Sequence record: DRR378314_235
DNA length: 64,000 nucleotides
Strand: one strand, 5' to 3'
Under the pieces are notes generated by a model. That model was not told the origin of the DNA. It was given only the letters and a program-made list of their open reading frames with translations, and ran no database searches. Made by a program: the position numbers and the translations under genes. Within the stretch, counting starts at the first letter, position 1. Every line of letters begins with the position of its first letter. Positions 38,687 to 48,105 of this stretch are shown one piece after another.

Positions 38687-40129
38687 TTACTTGAGCATGA
38701 ATTTGTAGATGAACTTATGCATCCCGCGTCCGTAGGGCGGCAGAATGTGTTTGGTGGCGTTCATCTTGCCCTTCTTGTACACGCCCTTGGCCTTGGAGAA
38801 GGTGAGGAAGCCTTCCGGGCCGTGGTAGTGACCCATGCCGGAGGGACCCACCCCGCCGAACGGCATGTCGTCCACGCCCACCTGGGTGATGGTGTCGTTC
38901 AGGCACACACCGCCGGAGTGGGTATGGTGCAGCACGTGCTCGCCGTTGCGGGCGTTCCAGTCGAAATAGTAGAGCGCCAGCGGGCGTGGCCGGTCGTTGA
39001 CGTAATCAATGGCGTCGTCGAGGGTCTTGTAGGGCACCACCAGCATCAGCGGGCCGAAGATTTCGTCCTCGGCGATCTTCATGTCGTCGGTGACATTGAG
39101 CACCAGGGTGTGGGGAATCTTGCGGCTGCCGTCCAGGTTCTCCTCCGCCGGGTTGATGGTGATCACCTCGGCGCCTTTTTCCCGGGCGTCGTCCAGGTAG
39201 CTGTTGAGTCGGCGGTACTGGCGCTCGTTGATGATGCTGGTGAAGTCTGGGTTGTCGCGCAGCGTCGGGTAGAGTTCAGTGACCTGGGCTTTCCAGGCGT
39301 CGACGAATTCCCGCACGCGGTTTTCCGGCACCATGATGTAGTCCGGCGCCACGCAGGTCTGGCCGCTGTTGAGACACTTGCCGAAGGCGATGCGCTCCAC
39401 CGCGTCCTTCATCGGGAAGTCCTCGCCGATGATGCAGGGGCTCTTGCCACCCAGCTCCAGGGTCACCGGGGTCAGGTTTTCCGCCGCGGCGCGCATGATG
39501 TGCTTGCCCACGGTGGTGGAGCCGGTGAACAGCAGATGGTCGAACGGCAGGCTGGAGAACGCCGCCGCCACGTCCACTTCGCCGTTGACCACGGCCACGT
39601 GATCCTCGGCGAAGGTCTTGCCGATCAGTTCCTCGAGCAGTTCACCGGTGCGCGGCGTGGACTCGCTCATCTTGATCATCACCCGGTTGCCGGCGGCCAG
39701 CGCCGCCAGCATCGGCCCGATGGCCAGATACAGCGGGTAGTTCCAGGGCACGATAATGCCCACCACGCCCAGCGGCTGGTATTCCACCCACACTTTGCCG
39801 GGCCATTGCGCGGCGCCGACCTTGCGCTTGGAGGGCTTCATCCATTTGCGCAGATGCTTGGCGTGGTACTTGATGCCTTCCACGCTGGTAAGCATTTCCG
39901 CCAGCTTGGTCTCGTCGGCGGAGCGGTTGCCGAAGTCGGCGTTCAGCGCCTCCACCCAGGCGTCCATGTTGTCCAGCAGCATCGGCTTGAGCTGCTGAAT
40001 ATGCTCATGGCGCTGCTCGGCGGTGGGGTAGGGCTGGCGGCGGTACGCCGCTTTCTGGGCGGCGAAAATGCGCTTCATGCGCTCGATCTGCGCATGCTCG
40101 GTTTGGAGTTCTTTGATCTCGGCGACCAT
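38687..40129 (-). CDS. laoC: Aldehyde dehydrogenase (coniferyl-aldehyde/LaoC-like)
   Basis: PWNYP, FTGST, LELGGKSP, GQTCVAPDY, EIFGP, PFGGVG.SGMG.YHG. Confidence 0.88.
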   Translation of the reverse strand: MVAEIKELQTEHAQIERMKRIFAAQKAAYRRQPYPTAEQRHEHIQQLKPMLLDNMDAWVEALNADFGNRSADETKLAEMLTSVEGIKYHAKHLRKWMKPSKRKVGAAQWPGKVWVEYQPLGVVGIIVPWNYPLYLAIGPMLAALAAGNRVMIKMSESTPRTGELLEELIGKTFAEDHVAVVNGEVDVAAAFSSLPFDHLLFTGSTTVGKHIMRAAAENLTPVTLELGGKSPCIIGEDFPMKDAVERIAFGKCLNSGQTCVAPDYIMVPENRVREFVDAWKAQVTELYPTLRDNPDFTSIINERQYRRLNSYLDDAREKGAEVITINPAEENLDGSRKIPHTLVLNVTDDMKIAEDEIFGPLMLVVPYKTLDDAIDYVNDRPRPLALYYFDWNARNGEHVLHHTHSGGVCLNDTITQVGVDDMPFGGVGPSGMGHYHGPEGFLTFSKAKGVYKKGKMNATKHILPPYGRGMHKFIYKFMLK

Positions 40130-40174
40130 AATGCGCCTCCCTGGGCGTTTGTTTATTAGACTGTCCTCGATTTT

Positions 40175-40190
40175 TAGAGTAATTACTCTA
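40175..40190. promoter_or_regulatory. Perfect 16-bp palindromic operator, probable LaoR site
   Basis: TAGAGTAATTACTCTA lies between a minus-strand TTGACT (-35, 40193-40198) and TAAAAAT (-10), in the laoC/tetR divergent region. Confidence 0.75.
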
Positions 40191-40243
40191 GGAGTCAACA
40201 GACTGTTTCATCGTCCCCGCAGTACGCTTTGATTTGGCCCGTT

Positions 40244-40942
40244 ATGACCGACACGAAAACGCGCATCCTGGATACCGCCCTGAACCTGTTCAACCGCGCC
40301 GGCGAGCGCAACGTCACCACCAACCACATCGCCGAGGATCTGGGCATCAGCCCGGGCAACCTCTACTACCACTACCGCAACAAGGCGGCGATCGTGGCGG
40401 CGCTGTTCGAACGCTACCAGGAGCAGATCCGCGATCTGCTGACGGTGCCGGAAGGGCCGCTCACCTGGCAGGACAAGATGCGCTATTTCGAGGGCATCCT
40501 GGAGTCCATGTGGCAGGCCCGCTTCCTGCACCGGGACCTGGCCCACTTTCTCCATCAGGACGGGGAGCTGCGCCGGCGCTACAAGGTGTTCGTCCAGGAC
40601 AGCCTGGAGCGCGGCCTGGTGATCTACCGCAGCCTGCGCGACAGCGGCCTGATCGAGGCCAGCGACGAAGAGCTGCGCGGCCTGCTGGTCAATACCTGGG
40701 TGCTGGCGGCGTCGTGGCCCGGTTTCACCCACGGCCTGAACCCGGACGCCACCGGCGACGAGGCGCTGGACCGCACCCTGCTGCGCCAGGGCATTTACCA
40801 GATTATCTGTCTGGAGGCGCCCTACCTGCGCGGCGAGGCGCTTGATCATCTGGACGCCATGAAGCAGGAGTTCCGCACCGGCGACACCACCATGGACCTG
40901 CTGTTCGCGGCGGCGGAGGCGCCACCGGCGCGGCGCGCATGA
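40244..40942 (+). CDS. laoR: TetR-family regulator, LaoR-like
   Basis: TKTRILDTAL.LFN..GERNVTTNHIA..LGISPGNLYYH HTH; divergent from laoCBA. Confidence 0.85.
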   Translation: MTDTKTRILDTALNLFNRAGERNVTTNHIAEDLGISPGNLYYHYRNKAAIVAALFERYQEQIRDLLTVPEGPLTWQDKMRYFEGILESMWQARFLHRDLAHFLHQDGELRRRYKVFVQDSLERGLVIYRSLRDSGLIEASDEELRGLLVNTWVLAASWPGFTHGLNPDATGDEALDRTLLRQGIYQIICLEAPYLRGEALDHLDAMKQEFRTGDTTMDLLFAAAEAPPARRA

Positions 40943-42273
40943 CGGCGCCGGTCACCGCTCTGGCCCGGCCCCGCTCGGCGCTGGCCTGGTTGGCGCTGGC
41001 GGCGGGGGTGCTGGCGCCGCTGCCCGGTGCCGGCGTGGTGGGCGCCGCCGCCGTGTTCGCGGCCATTATCCTGGGCTGGCGCGATCTGCGCCGGATGGCG
41101 CGGGTGATCTTTGTGCTGGTTGTCGTCGCCGCCGTGCCGGCCTTGCCGGACGGCCCGGCGGTGCTGGTCGACGCCGCCGACGCCATGACCCGGCTGACCG
41201 CGCTGATTCTCACCGTGATGCTGCTGTCCTCGGTGCTGGGCCGCTTTCCGGATCTGGGCCGGATCTCCGGCAGCCTGTTCGCGGGCCGGCCCTTGGGCCG
41301 CTACTTCAGCCTTTCCCTGGGCACGGCCTTTTTGTCAGTGCCGTTGAATTTCGGCTCGGTGGGCGTGGTGGGCGCCCTGGTGGGCGGCCGCATCAGCGAG
41401 CGCGGCGATTCCGCCGTGACCCGCAACGCCGCCCGCGCCACCCTGCGCGGTTTCGGCGCGTCGCCGATCTGCTCGCCGCTGTCGATTTCGGTGGTGGTGA
41501 CCCTCACCTTCCTGCCCGACCTGCCGGGCTGGCAGCTGATCGCCTGCAGCCTGCCGCTGGCGTTGCTGTACCTGCTGGGCGGCGCGCTTCTGCGGGACCC
41601 GGAGCCGGCCGCCGCCGACGGTGAGCCGGCGCCGTCCCCCGGGTGGGGCCCCTGGCTGCGGTTCGCCGCGGTGATCGCCGCTATCTGCGCCGCCACCTTC
41701 GGGTTGAGCGGTCTCGCCGGGCTCAGCTATTCCCGGGCGGTGACCCTGAGCTGTCTGGCCACCGTGGTGCTGGGGCTGCTGGTGGAGCGCTGGCGGGGGC
41801 ACCGCCCGTCGTTGCCGTCCCTGGCGCCGGTCACCAACGAGCTGGTGATCGTCGGCGGCTCCGCCTTCCTGGGGGCGCTGGTGAGCACCTTCGCGGCGCG
41901 CGGGCTGGGCGCTGATTTCGTGCTGCCTGTCTGGGGCTATCCGCTGGCCGCGCTGCTGGTGCCCTGGCTGTTTTTCGTCGCCGGGCTGGCCGGTTTCAAT
42001 CCGATTGTCACCGGCGCCCTGGTGGGCGGCGTGCTGGCGCCGATCTGGCCGCAGGGCGCGGCCCTGGGCCTGGCGCTGGCGATGGTGTGCGGCTGGGGCG
42101 TGACCATCGCCGGCACGCCCTATTCCGCCAATGCCCTGCTGCTGGAACGCCTCACCGGTTACCCGGCGCGGATCGGCGCGCTGCGCTGGAACTGGCCGCT
42201 GTCGGCCGTGGCCCTGCTGGTGGCCGGCGGGCTGGGCGCCCTGCTGACCCTGCTGTTGGCGCCGGCGGGCTAG
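40939..42273 (+). CDS. Multi-pass membrane protein, possible transporter
   Basis: More than 10 hydrophobic segments; PLNFGS and LRGF...CSP motifs; ATGA overlap with tetR. Confidence 0.7.
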   Translation: MTAPVTALARPRSALAWLALAAGVLAPLPGAGVVGAAAVFAAIILGWRDLRRMARVIFVLVVVAAVPALPDGPAVLVDAADAMTRLTALILTVMLLSSVLGRFPDLGRISGSLFAGRPLGRYFSLSLGTAFLSVPLNFGSVGVVGALVGGRISERGDSAVTRNAARATLRGFGASPICSPLSISVVVTLTFLPDLPGWQLIACSLPLALLYLLGGALLRDPEPAAADGEPAPSPGWGPWLRFAAVIAAICAATFGLSGLAGLSYSRAVTLSCLATVVLGLLVERWRGHRPSLPSLAPVTNELVIVGGSAFLGALVSTFAARGLGADFVLPVWGYPLAALLVPWLFFVAGLAGFNPIVTGALVGGVLAPIWPQGAALGLALAMVCGWGVTIAGTPYSANALLLERLTGYPARIGALRWNWPLSAVALLVAGGLGALLTLLLAPAG

Positions 42274-43262
42274 ACCGGCAGAAAGCCGCCGGCGAACGCC
42301 GCCAGCCGCTGCTCCAACCAGTATTCGGGGTGCCGGGGGCGGCCGCCGACAAAGCCCACATGGCCGCCGCCGGAAGAGAGTTCCAGGGTGACGCCGGGGC
42401 CCAGCTCGCCATGGGCCGGCAGCATCGCCGGGGTCATGAAGGGGTCGTCCTCGGCCTGGATCATCAGGGTCGGGGTGCGGATCGCCCGAAGGCGCGGCCC
42501 GGCGGAGGCTTCGGCGTAGTAGTGGGCGGCGCCGCGAAAACCGTAGAGCGGTGCGATCACCCGTTCGTCGAAGGTCCAGAACGACCGGATGCCGTGCAGG
42601 TTGAGCGCCGCCAGCCGCTTCGCCTGGGCCGGATCGACCCGCTCCAGGTGCCGCCGCTGCCGTTTCAGCGTGGCGAGCAGATTGGCGATCAGGTGGCGCC
42701 GGTAGATCCGCGACAGGCCCTGGTCCATGCGGTTGGCGCACAGGTCCAGGCGCAGCGGGCTGCACACCGCCACCGCCGCGCTGAGCGAGCCGTCGTCCGC
42801 CCGCGCCAGCCAGTTGAGCACGCGGCTACCGCCCAGGGACACGCCCATGGCGATCAGCGGGCCGTGCCGGTCGCGCTGGCGCAGCGCCTGGATCACCGCG
42901 TCCAGGTCCTCGATCTCGCCGGCGTGGGCGCACAGGGCGGTGTCGTTGGGCGCCGCCGCGCCGCGCGAGTTCATCGCCACCGAGGTGATGCCCAGCGCCG
43001 CCAGCCGCGCCTGGGTGCCGCGAATATAATGGGAGTCGCTGCAACCGGACAGGCCGTGCAGCAGCAACACTCTCAAGGCGCCGGTTTCCGGCGCCGGCCC
43101 GGCCCAGTCCAGCAGCAGATGGTCGCCGTCCGCCAGCGGCAGGGTTTCCCGGCGCCGGCTGAGCGGCTCGGGGCGCCGGAAGAAGGTCGACCACATTGTC
43201 TGCAGGTGCGCCGAGCGCAGCCAGGCCGGCGGCTGGAAGGCGGCCGGAATGATTTCGCCCAT
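42270..43262 (-). CDS. YheT-like alpha/beta hydrolase
   Basis: HLQT, LHGLSG, GVSLGG nucleophile elbow, DDPFM, GGHVGF. Confidence 0.9.
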   Translation of the reverse strand: MGEIIPAAFQPPAWLRSAHLQTMWSTFFRRPEPLSRRRETLPLADGDHLLLDWAGPAPETGALRVLLLHGLSGCSDSHYIRGTQARLAALGITSVAMNSRGAAAPNDTALCAHAGEIEDLDAVIQALRQRDRHGPLIAMGVSLGGSRVLNWLARADDGSLSAAVAVCSPLRLDLCANRMDQGLSRIYRRHLIANLLATLKRQRRHLERVDPAQAKRLAALNLHGIRSFWTFDERVIAPLYGFRGAAHYYAEASAGPRLRAIRTPTLMIQAEDDPFMTPAMLPAHGELGPGVTLELSSGGGHVGFVGGRPRHPEYWLEQRLAAFAGGFLPV

Positions 43263-43350
43263 GGGTTGGGAGTCTCTGTCCAGTGAATCAACGGCCGCCT
43301 ATGTTAGCCTTTCACGCCTGCTTCGTCCCCGCTGACCAGGACCGAAACCC

Positions 43351-44067
43351 ATGAGCCGTCGCTTCTTTGATCCGCAACCTTTCCAGGCCGGCCACGCCGC
43401 CGAGCTGGGCCCGCAGGCCAGCCATCATATCGGCAAGGTGCTGCGCATGCGTCCCGGCGACCCTCTCACCCTGTTCAACGGCGAAGGCGGTGAATGGTCC
43501 GCCACCCTGGAAGCGGTGGACAAGAAAACCGTCACCGTGCTGCCGCACACCTTCGTCGACATCGACCGTACCGCGCCCCGCCCGGTGACCCTGGGTGTGC
43601 CGCTGATCAAAGGCGACCGCATGGACTTCGCGATTCAGAAAGCGGTGGAAATGGGCGCGGCGGCGATCCGGGTACTGGAGAGCGAGCGCACCGAAGTGCG
43701 CCTCAAGGGCGACCGTGAAAACAAGAAGCTGGAGCACTGGCGGCAGGTGGCGATCAGCGCCTGCGAACAGTGCGGGCTGAACCGGCTGCCGGTGGTGGAC
43801 GGCGTTATGCCTCTGAACACCTTCATGGAACAGGCTCGGGGCCTGAAGTTGATCGCCCATCCCGGCGAACGGGCGCTGGATGCCGGCGCGGTGCGCGACG
43901 CCACCGACATCGCCTTGCTCACCGGCCCGGAAGGCGGCTTCTCCGACGACGAACTGGCGGCCGCCCGGCAGGCGGGCTTCCACGGCTTTGCGCTCGGCGA
44001 AAGGGTGCTGCGCGCGGAAACCGCGCCGGTGGCGTTGCTCGCTTCGCTATGGACGCTGCTGTCCTGA
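43351..44067 (+). CDS. rsmE: 16S rRNA m3U1498 methyltransferase
   Basis: HIGKVLRM, IQKAVEMG, SACEQC, GPEGGFS, LGERVLRAETA. Confidence 0.96.
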   Translation: MSRRFFDPQPFQAGHAAELGPQASHHIGKVLRMRPGDPLTLFNGEGGEWSATLEAVDKKTVTVLPHTFVDIDRTAPRPVTLGVPLIKGDRMDFAIQKAVEMGAAAIRVLESERTEVRLKGDRENKKLEHWRQVAISACEQCGLNRLPVVDGVMPLNTFMEQARGLKLIAHPGERALDAGAVRDATDIALLTGPEGGFSDDELAAARQAGFHGFALGERVLRAETAPVALLASLWTLLS

Positions 44068-44185
44068 CCGGAGCCTCCGAACGGGGCATTCCGTGCACCA
44101 AAATACATCTAATTTTACCTGTTTTATTGCCCTGAAAGTTCTATCCCTTCTTGTAAAACCGCGCCGCTAAAGCCTTTCCAAACTC

Positions 44186-44201
44186 TGGCATGTTTCTTGA
44201 T
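44186..44201 (+). promoter_or_regulatory. Possible sigma-54 promoter (GG-N10-GA variant)
   Basis: TGGCATGTTTCTTGAT upstream of the amidase, preceded by an AT-rich tract and TGCACCA at 44094-44100. Confidence 0.4.
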
Positions 44202-44304
44202 GCAATTGCTTCGGGCGTTTCCGATCCTCTGCCCGGACGCCCGCTTTTTGTTGTGTTTTACGGCCTCCTTCTATGGGGTGCCTTGTCTTGATTCTGCCTG
44301 AGGA

Positions 44305-45999
44305 ATGTTCATGTTTGATCCCAAATTACTGGTGGGCTCCGCGGTGCTCGCAGCGCTGCTTAGCGGTTGCGGCGGCTCATCCTCTTCGTCCGACGATGCG
44401 GGCACACCGCCGTCCGGTGGCGACGATGGCGTCGCGTTTTCGTTTGTTGAATCGACCGTCGCCGATCTGCATACCTCTCTGGAAACCGGTGGCGTTACCT
44501 GTGAGGAAGTGGTTCAGGGTTACATTGACCGTATCGAAGCCTATGACGACACCGGCTCCACCACCGAACTGAACAGCGTGGTGGCGATCAACCCGGAGGC
44601 GATCATCGACGCCCGGGAAAAGGATTTGAACTTCGCGGTCACCGGCATTGATGGCCCGCTGTACTGCGTGCCGGTTCTGCCCAAGGACAACTTCAATACG
44701 GAGCAGATGCCCACCTCCGGTGGTGCGCTGGCGTTCCAGTACAATCAGCCCACCCGGGACGCCTACACGGTGCGCCGGATGCGCGAGGCCGGCGCCATTG
44801 TGCTGGGCAAGGCGAACATGGATGAATTCGCGTTCGGTTTCCGTGGCGAAAGCTCGGTGCGCGGCCTGGTCAAAAACCCCTACGATCTGACCAAGGGCTC
44901 CGGCGGCTCGTCCACCGGCACCGGCACCGCCATCGCCGCCAGCCTGGCCCTGCTGGGTACCGGCAGCGACACCGGCGGTTCCGTGCGCGTGCCCTCCAGC
45001 TTGAACGGTCTGGTCGGCATTCGTCCCAGCCTGCGCCTGGTAAGCCTGGACGGCATCATGCCGCTGGCCACCTGGCAGGACACCGGCGGGCCCATGTGCC
45101 GTACCGTGGAAGACTGTGCGTTGTTGATGGACGCCATGGTCGGCTTCGACACCTCACCGGCCAGCAACCAGCGGGTCAGCTTTGAAATCGACGCCCGCCT
45201 GATCAACAACGAAGAGGAATACCAGCAGGTTACCGGCGTACCGGAAACCTACACGGAATTCCTCGACGCCGACGGTCTGCAGGGCGCGCGCATCGGCGTG
45301 GTCCGTGATCTGTTCGGCACCAACGACAGCGTGCTGGCGGTGATGGATCAGGCGATCGCCAACATGGAAGCCGCCGGCGCCGTGGTGGAAGACGTGACCA
45401 TCGACGACCTCGGCACCATCCTCGGCGACTACCAGTCCATGTCCAGCTACGAATTCCGCCACGACCTGGAGGAATACCTCAACAGCTGGCCGAACACCAT
45501 GGACGGCCACATCCTCGATTATGACGAGCTGGTCGCCAGCGGCGGTTACCTCGACAGCTACAAGTCCGGCCTTGAGTTCCGGGGCGGCATCGACCTGAAC
45601 AACCTGACCGACGAGCAACGGGTGGTGTACGAAAAGAACACGATTGAACGGCCGGTGTTCGTACGCGAACGTTTGATGCGGGCGCTGGATAATCTGGACG
45701 TGGACGGTAATCCGCTGGGCGAAGCCTACGATGTGCTGCTCTACCCGGCCATCACCGGTCTGGCCGGCGATCTGGGCAACAGTCCCTCCGCCGGCAGCAA
45801 CAACCGTCTGAGCCCGTTCTCGCTGTTCCCGGCGCTGGTCATGCCGGCCGGCATGGCGGAAGACCTGGAGCCGGCCATGCCGGTGGGCATGGAGATGCTG
45901 GGCCGCGAGTTTGATGAGGAGACCCTGATCAAGCTGGCGTACGCCTATCAGGAGCAGTTCCAGCCGCGGGTGGCGCCGACCTTTACCCCGGAGTTGTAA
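44305..45999 (+). CDS. Amidase-signature family enzyme with lipoprotein signal
   Basis: LSGC lipobox with Ser linker; K in VLPKDNF, GGSSTG, GSDTGGSVRVPS triad. Confidence 0.9.
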   Translation: MFMFDPKLLVGSAVLAALLSGCGGSSSSSDDAGTPPSGGDDGVAFSFVESTVADLHTSLETGGVTCEEVVQGYIDRIEAYDDTGSTTELNSVVAINPEAIIDAREKDLNFAVTGIDGPLYCVPVLPKDNFNTEQMPTSGGALAFQYNQPTRDAYTVRRMREAGAIVLGKANMDEFAFGFRGESSVRGLVKNPYDLTKGSGGSSTGTGTAIAASLALLGTGSDTGGSVRVPSSLNGLVGIRPSLRLVSLDGIMPLATWQDTGGPMCRTVEDCALLMDAMVGFDTSPASNQRVSFEIDARLINNEEEYQQVTGVPETYTEFLDADGLQGARIGVVRDLFGTNDSVLAVMDQAIANMEAAGAVVEDVTIDDLGTILGDYQSMSSYEFRHDLEEYLNSWPNTMDGHILDYDELVASGGYLDSYKSGLEFRGGIDLNNLTDEQRVVYEKNTIERPVFVRERLMRALDNLDVDGNPLGEAYDVLLYPAITGLAGDLGNSPSAGSNNRLSPFSLFPALVMPAGMAEDLEPAMPVGMEMLGREFDEETLIKLAYAYQEQFQPRVAPTFTPEL

Positions 46000-46009
46000 C
46001 CCAGGAATG

Positions 46010-46034
46010 GTGGGAGCGGGCATGGCCCGCTCCC
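46010..46034. repeat. GTGG-type REP-like palindrome or bidirectional terminator
   Basis: GT-GGGAGCGGGC-ATG-GCCCGCTCCC between the convergent amidase and gloA genes. Confidence 0.55.
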
Positions 46035-46056
46035 CCATCCCTCCCCAGAAGTTCTG

Positions 46057-46602
46057 CTAACCTTTCTGCTGCTTTTCCATCATGTCGGCCTGGATAATTT
46101 CGATCCAGTAGCCGTCCGGATCCTTGATGAAGGCGAGGCCTTTCATCTTGCCGTCGTCCGGTTTTTTCACGAACAGGACGCCAAGTTTTTCGAACCGTTG
46201 TGAGGCGGCGTACACGTCGGGGACGGTGACACCGATATGGCCGAAGCCCTGCGGTTCGTCGTTGCCGTTGTGGTACTGGAAGTCCGGGTCGTCCTCGCTG
46301 CCCCAGTTGTGGGTCAGTTCCAGCATGGCTTCGCGGCCGAAGGTGTAGGTAAGCCGCTTGGCGTCATCCTCGGGTACCCGCATGGCTTCGTCGTCATCCA
46401 GATAGGCGAGGAAAAAGAGACTGAACTTCATCTCGGGGAAATCCAGTTTACGCACCAGGCGCATGCCCAGCACCCGGGTGTAGAAGTCCAGGCTGACTTT
46501 CGGATCCTTGATCCGCAGCATGGTCTGGTTGAACAGATAACGCTGGGTTTCCGCGTCGGGTTGCTGACAAAGACCTTCGGCGTTTTCAAAATGACGTGGC
46601 AT
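46057..46602 (-). CDS. gloA: Lactoylglutathione lyase (glyoxalase I, long type)
   Basis: [45 protein letters not shown]. Confidence 0.95.
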   Translation of the reverse strand: MPRHFENAEGLCQQPDAETQRYLFNQTMLRIKDPKVSLDFYTRVLGMRLVRKLDFPEMKFSLFFLAYLDDDEAMRVPEDDAKRLTYTFGREAMLELTHNWGSEDDPDFQYHNGNDEPQGFGHIGVTVPDVYAASQRFEKLGVLFVKKPDDGKMKGLAFIKDPDGYWIEIIQADMMEKQQKG

Positions 46603-46619
46603 GGAACATTACCTTTCTA

Positions 46620-47579
46620 TCAGGGCGCGGTGGCGTCGATCTTCTTGAGAATTTTCTGCAGGCCGGCGACGGTGCCGCCCACGTCGCTGAGGTTGGAAGG
46701 CAGCAACAGGGTGGTGGATTCCTTGGCCAGTTTTTCGAACGCGGCCACATACTGCTCGGCGATGCGCAGGCTCACCGCTTCGTCGCCGCCGTCTTCCTTG
46801 ACCGCCAGGGCCACTTCACGCAGACCGGTGGCGGTGGCCTGGGCCAGCAGCTCGATCTGACGGGCACGGCCTTCCGCTTCGTTGATCTGCTTGAGCTTCT
46901 CACCTTCGGAAATGTTGATCATTTCCTGCTTCTCACCCTCGGAGCGGTTGATGGCCGCCTGGCGGTCACCTTCGGACCGGTTGATCGCGGCTTGCCGGTC
47001 GCCCTCGGATTCCGCCACCACCGCACGGCGCTCCCGCTCGGCGCGCACCTGTTTCTCCATGGCGTCCTTGATCGAGGCCGGCAGGTTGATGTCCGCCACT
47101 TCGTAACGCAACACTTTGACGCCCCAGGGCTGGGCGGCCTCGTCCACGGCCTTGACCACTTCCATGTTGATCTCGCCGCGTTCCTCGAAGGTCTTGTCCA
47201 GGTCGATCTTGCCGATCACCGAACGCAGGGTGGTCTGCGCCAGTTGCTGCGACGCCATCACGTAGTCGTCGACGCCGTAGCTGGCCGCCTTGGCGTCCAC
47301 CACCTGCAGATACATCACGCCGTCCACGGACACTTCGATATTGTCCTTGGTGATACAGCTCTGGCGCGGCACGTCGCGGACGATTTCCTTGAGCGAGTGA
47401 CGGTAGGCGACGCGGTCGATAAAGGGCATCAGGATGTGCAGGCCGGCCTCCAGGGAGGTGCGGTACTTGCCGAGCCGTTCCACCACGTAAATTTGCCGTT
47501 GCGGCACGATGCGTACCGTCATGAACAGCAGCGTGATCACCGCCAGCGCGAGCAGGGCGGGAATAATGAGTCCCATCAT
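46620..47579 (-). CDS. SPFH/stomatin-like (QmcA) protein
   Basis: VVERLGKY, ITKDN, QTTLRSVIG, WGVKVLRYE, AERERRA and 11-aa coiled-coil repeats. Confidence 0.92.
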   Translation of the reverse strand: MMGLIIPALLALAVITLLFMTVRIVPQRQIYVVERLGKYRTSLEAGLHILMPFIDRVAYRHSLKEIVRDVPRQSCITKDNIEVSVDGVMYLQVVDAKAASYGVDDYVMASQQLAQTTLRSVIGKIDLDKTFEERGEINMEVVKAVDEAAQPWGVKVLRYEVADINLPASIKDAMEKQVRAERERRAVVAESEGDRQAAINRSEGDRQAAINRSEGEKQEMINISEGEKLKQINEAEGRARQIELLAQATATGLREVALAVKEDGGDEAVSLRIAEQYVAAFEKLAKESTTLLLPSNLSDVGGTVAGLQKILKKIDATAP

Positions 47580-48052
47580 TGTTCAGAGTCCTTTTCTTGG
47601 TCCGTGGAAGAAGTATCGGACCAGGCCTGAACCGTGAGCCAGAGTCCTTCGTGTTTGCTGATGCGTACCATCTGGCCGGCTTTCAAAGGCTGGTCCGATT
47701 GCGCCTGCCAGCGGGCGCCCCGGTAGCGCACCGAGCCGACACCGTCGACGAAGTCCGCCTCGACGGTGGCACGCCCGCCCACCAGGCCGGCGCTGTCGTC
47801 GCTGGTGCGGCCCTGGGTCTCCTTGCCGAACAGCCAGTCGCGCAGGAAGCGCCGGGCGCCGGCCAGCAGCGCCAGGCTGAGCACCGCGAACAGGGTGATT
47901 TCCCAGGTGAGGTCGTTAATCAGGCCGAAGTAGGCCAGGCCGCCAACGATCACCGCCGCCAGCCCGAGGAAAATCAGGACCAGACCGGAGACCACGAACT
48001 CGCCGATGATCAGGATCAGACCGAAAATAATCCAATAGCTGTATTCCGGCAT
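47576..48052 (-). CDS. NfeD-family (YbbJ-like) protein
   Basis: Hydrophobic N-terminus plus LVG..A.V..G.V...G..W.A OB domain; coupled to the SPFH gene. Confidence 0.88.
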   Translation of the reverse strand: MPEYSYWIIFGLILIIGEFVVSGLVLIFLGLAAVIVGGLAYFGLINDLTWEITLFAVLSLALLAGARRFLRDWLFGKETQGRTSDDSAGLVGGRATVEADFVDGVGSVRYRGARWQAQSDQPLKAGQMVRISKHEGLWLTVQAWSDTSSTDQEKDSEQ

Positions 48053-48105
48053 GCTTCATCGCCCCGCAGTGTTTGATTGGCCGCCAACAGTAGCACCTTT
48101 AGACG

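Noticed and set aside
46860-47015. SEGDRQAAINR duplication in the SPFH protein
   Set aside because: 11-residue coiled-coil repeats are normal for QmcA/stomatin-like proteins, and the DNA copies are diverged.
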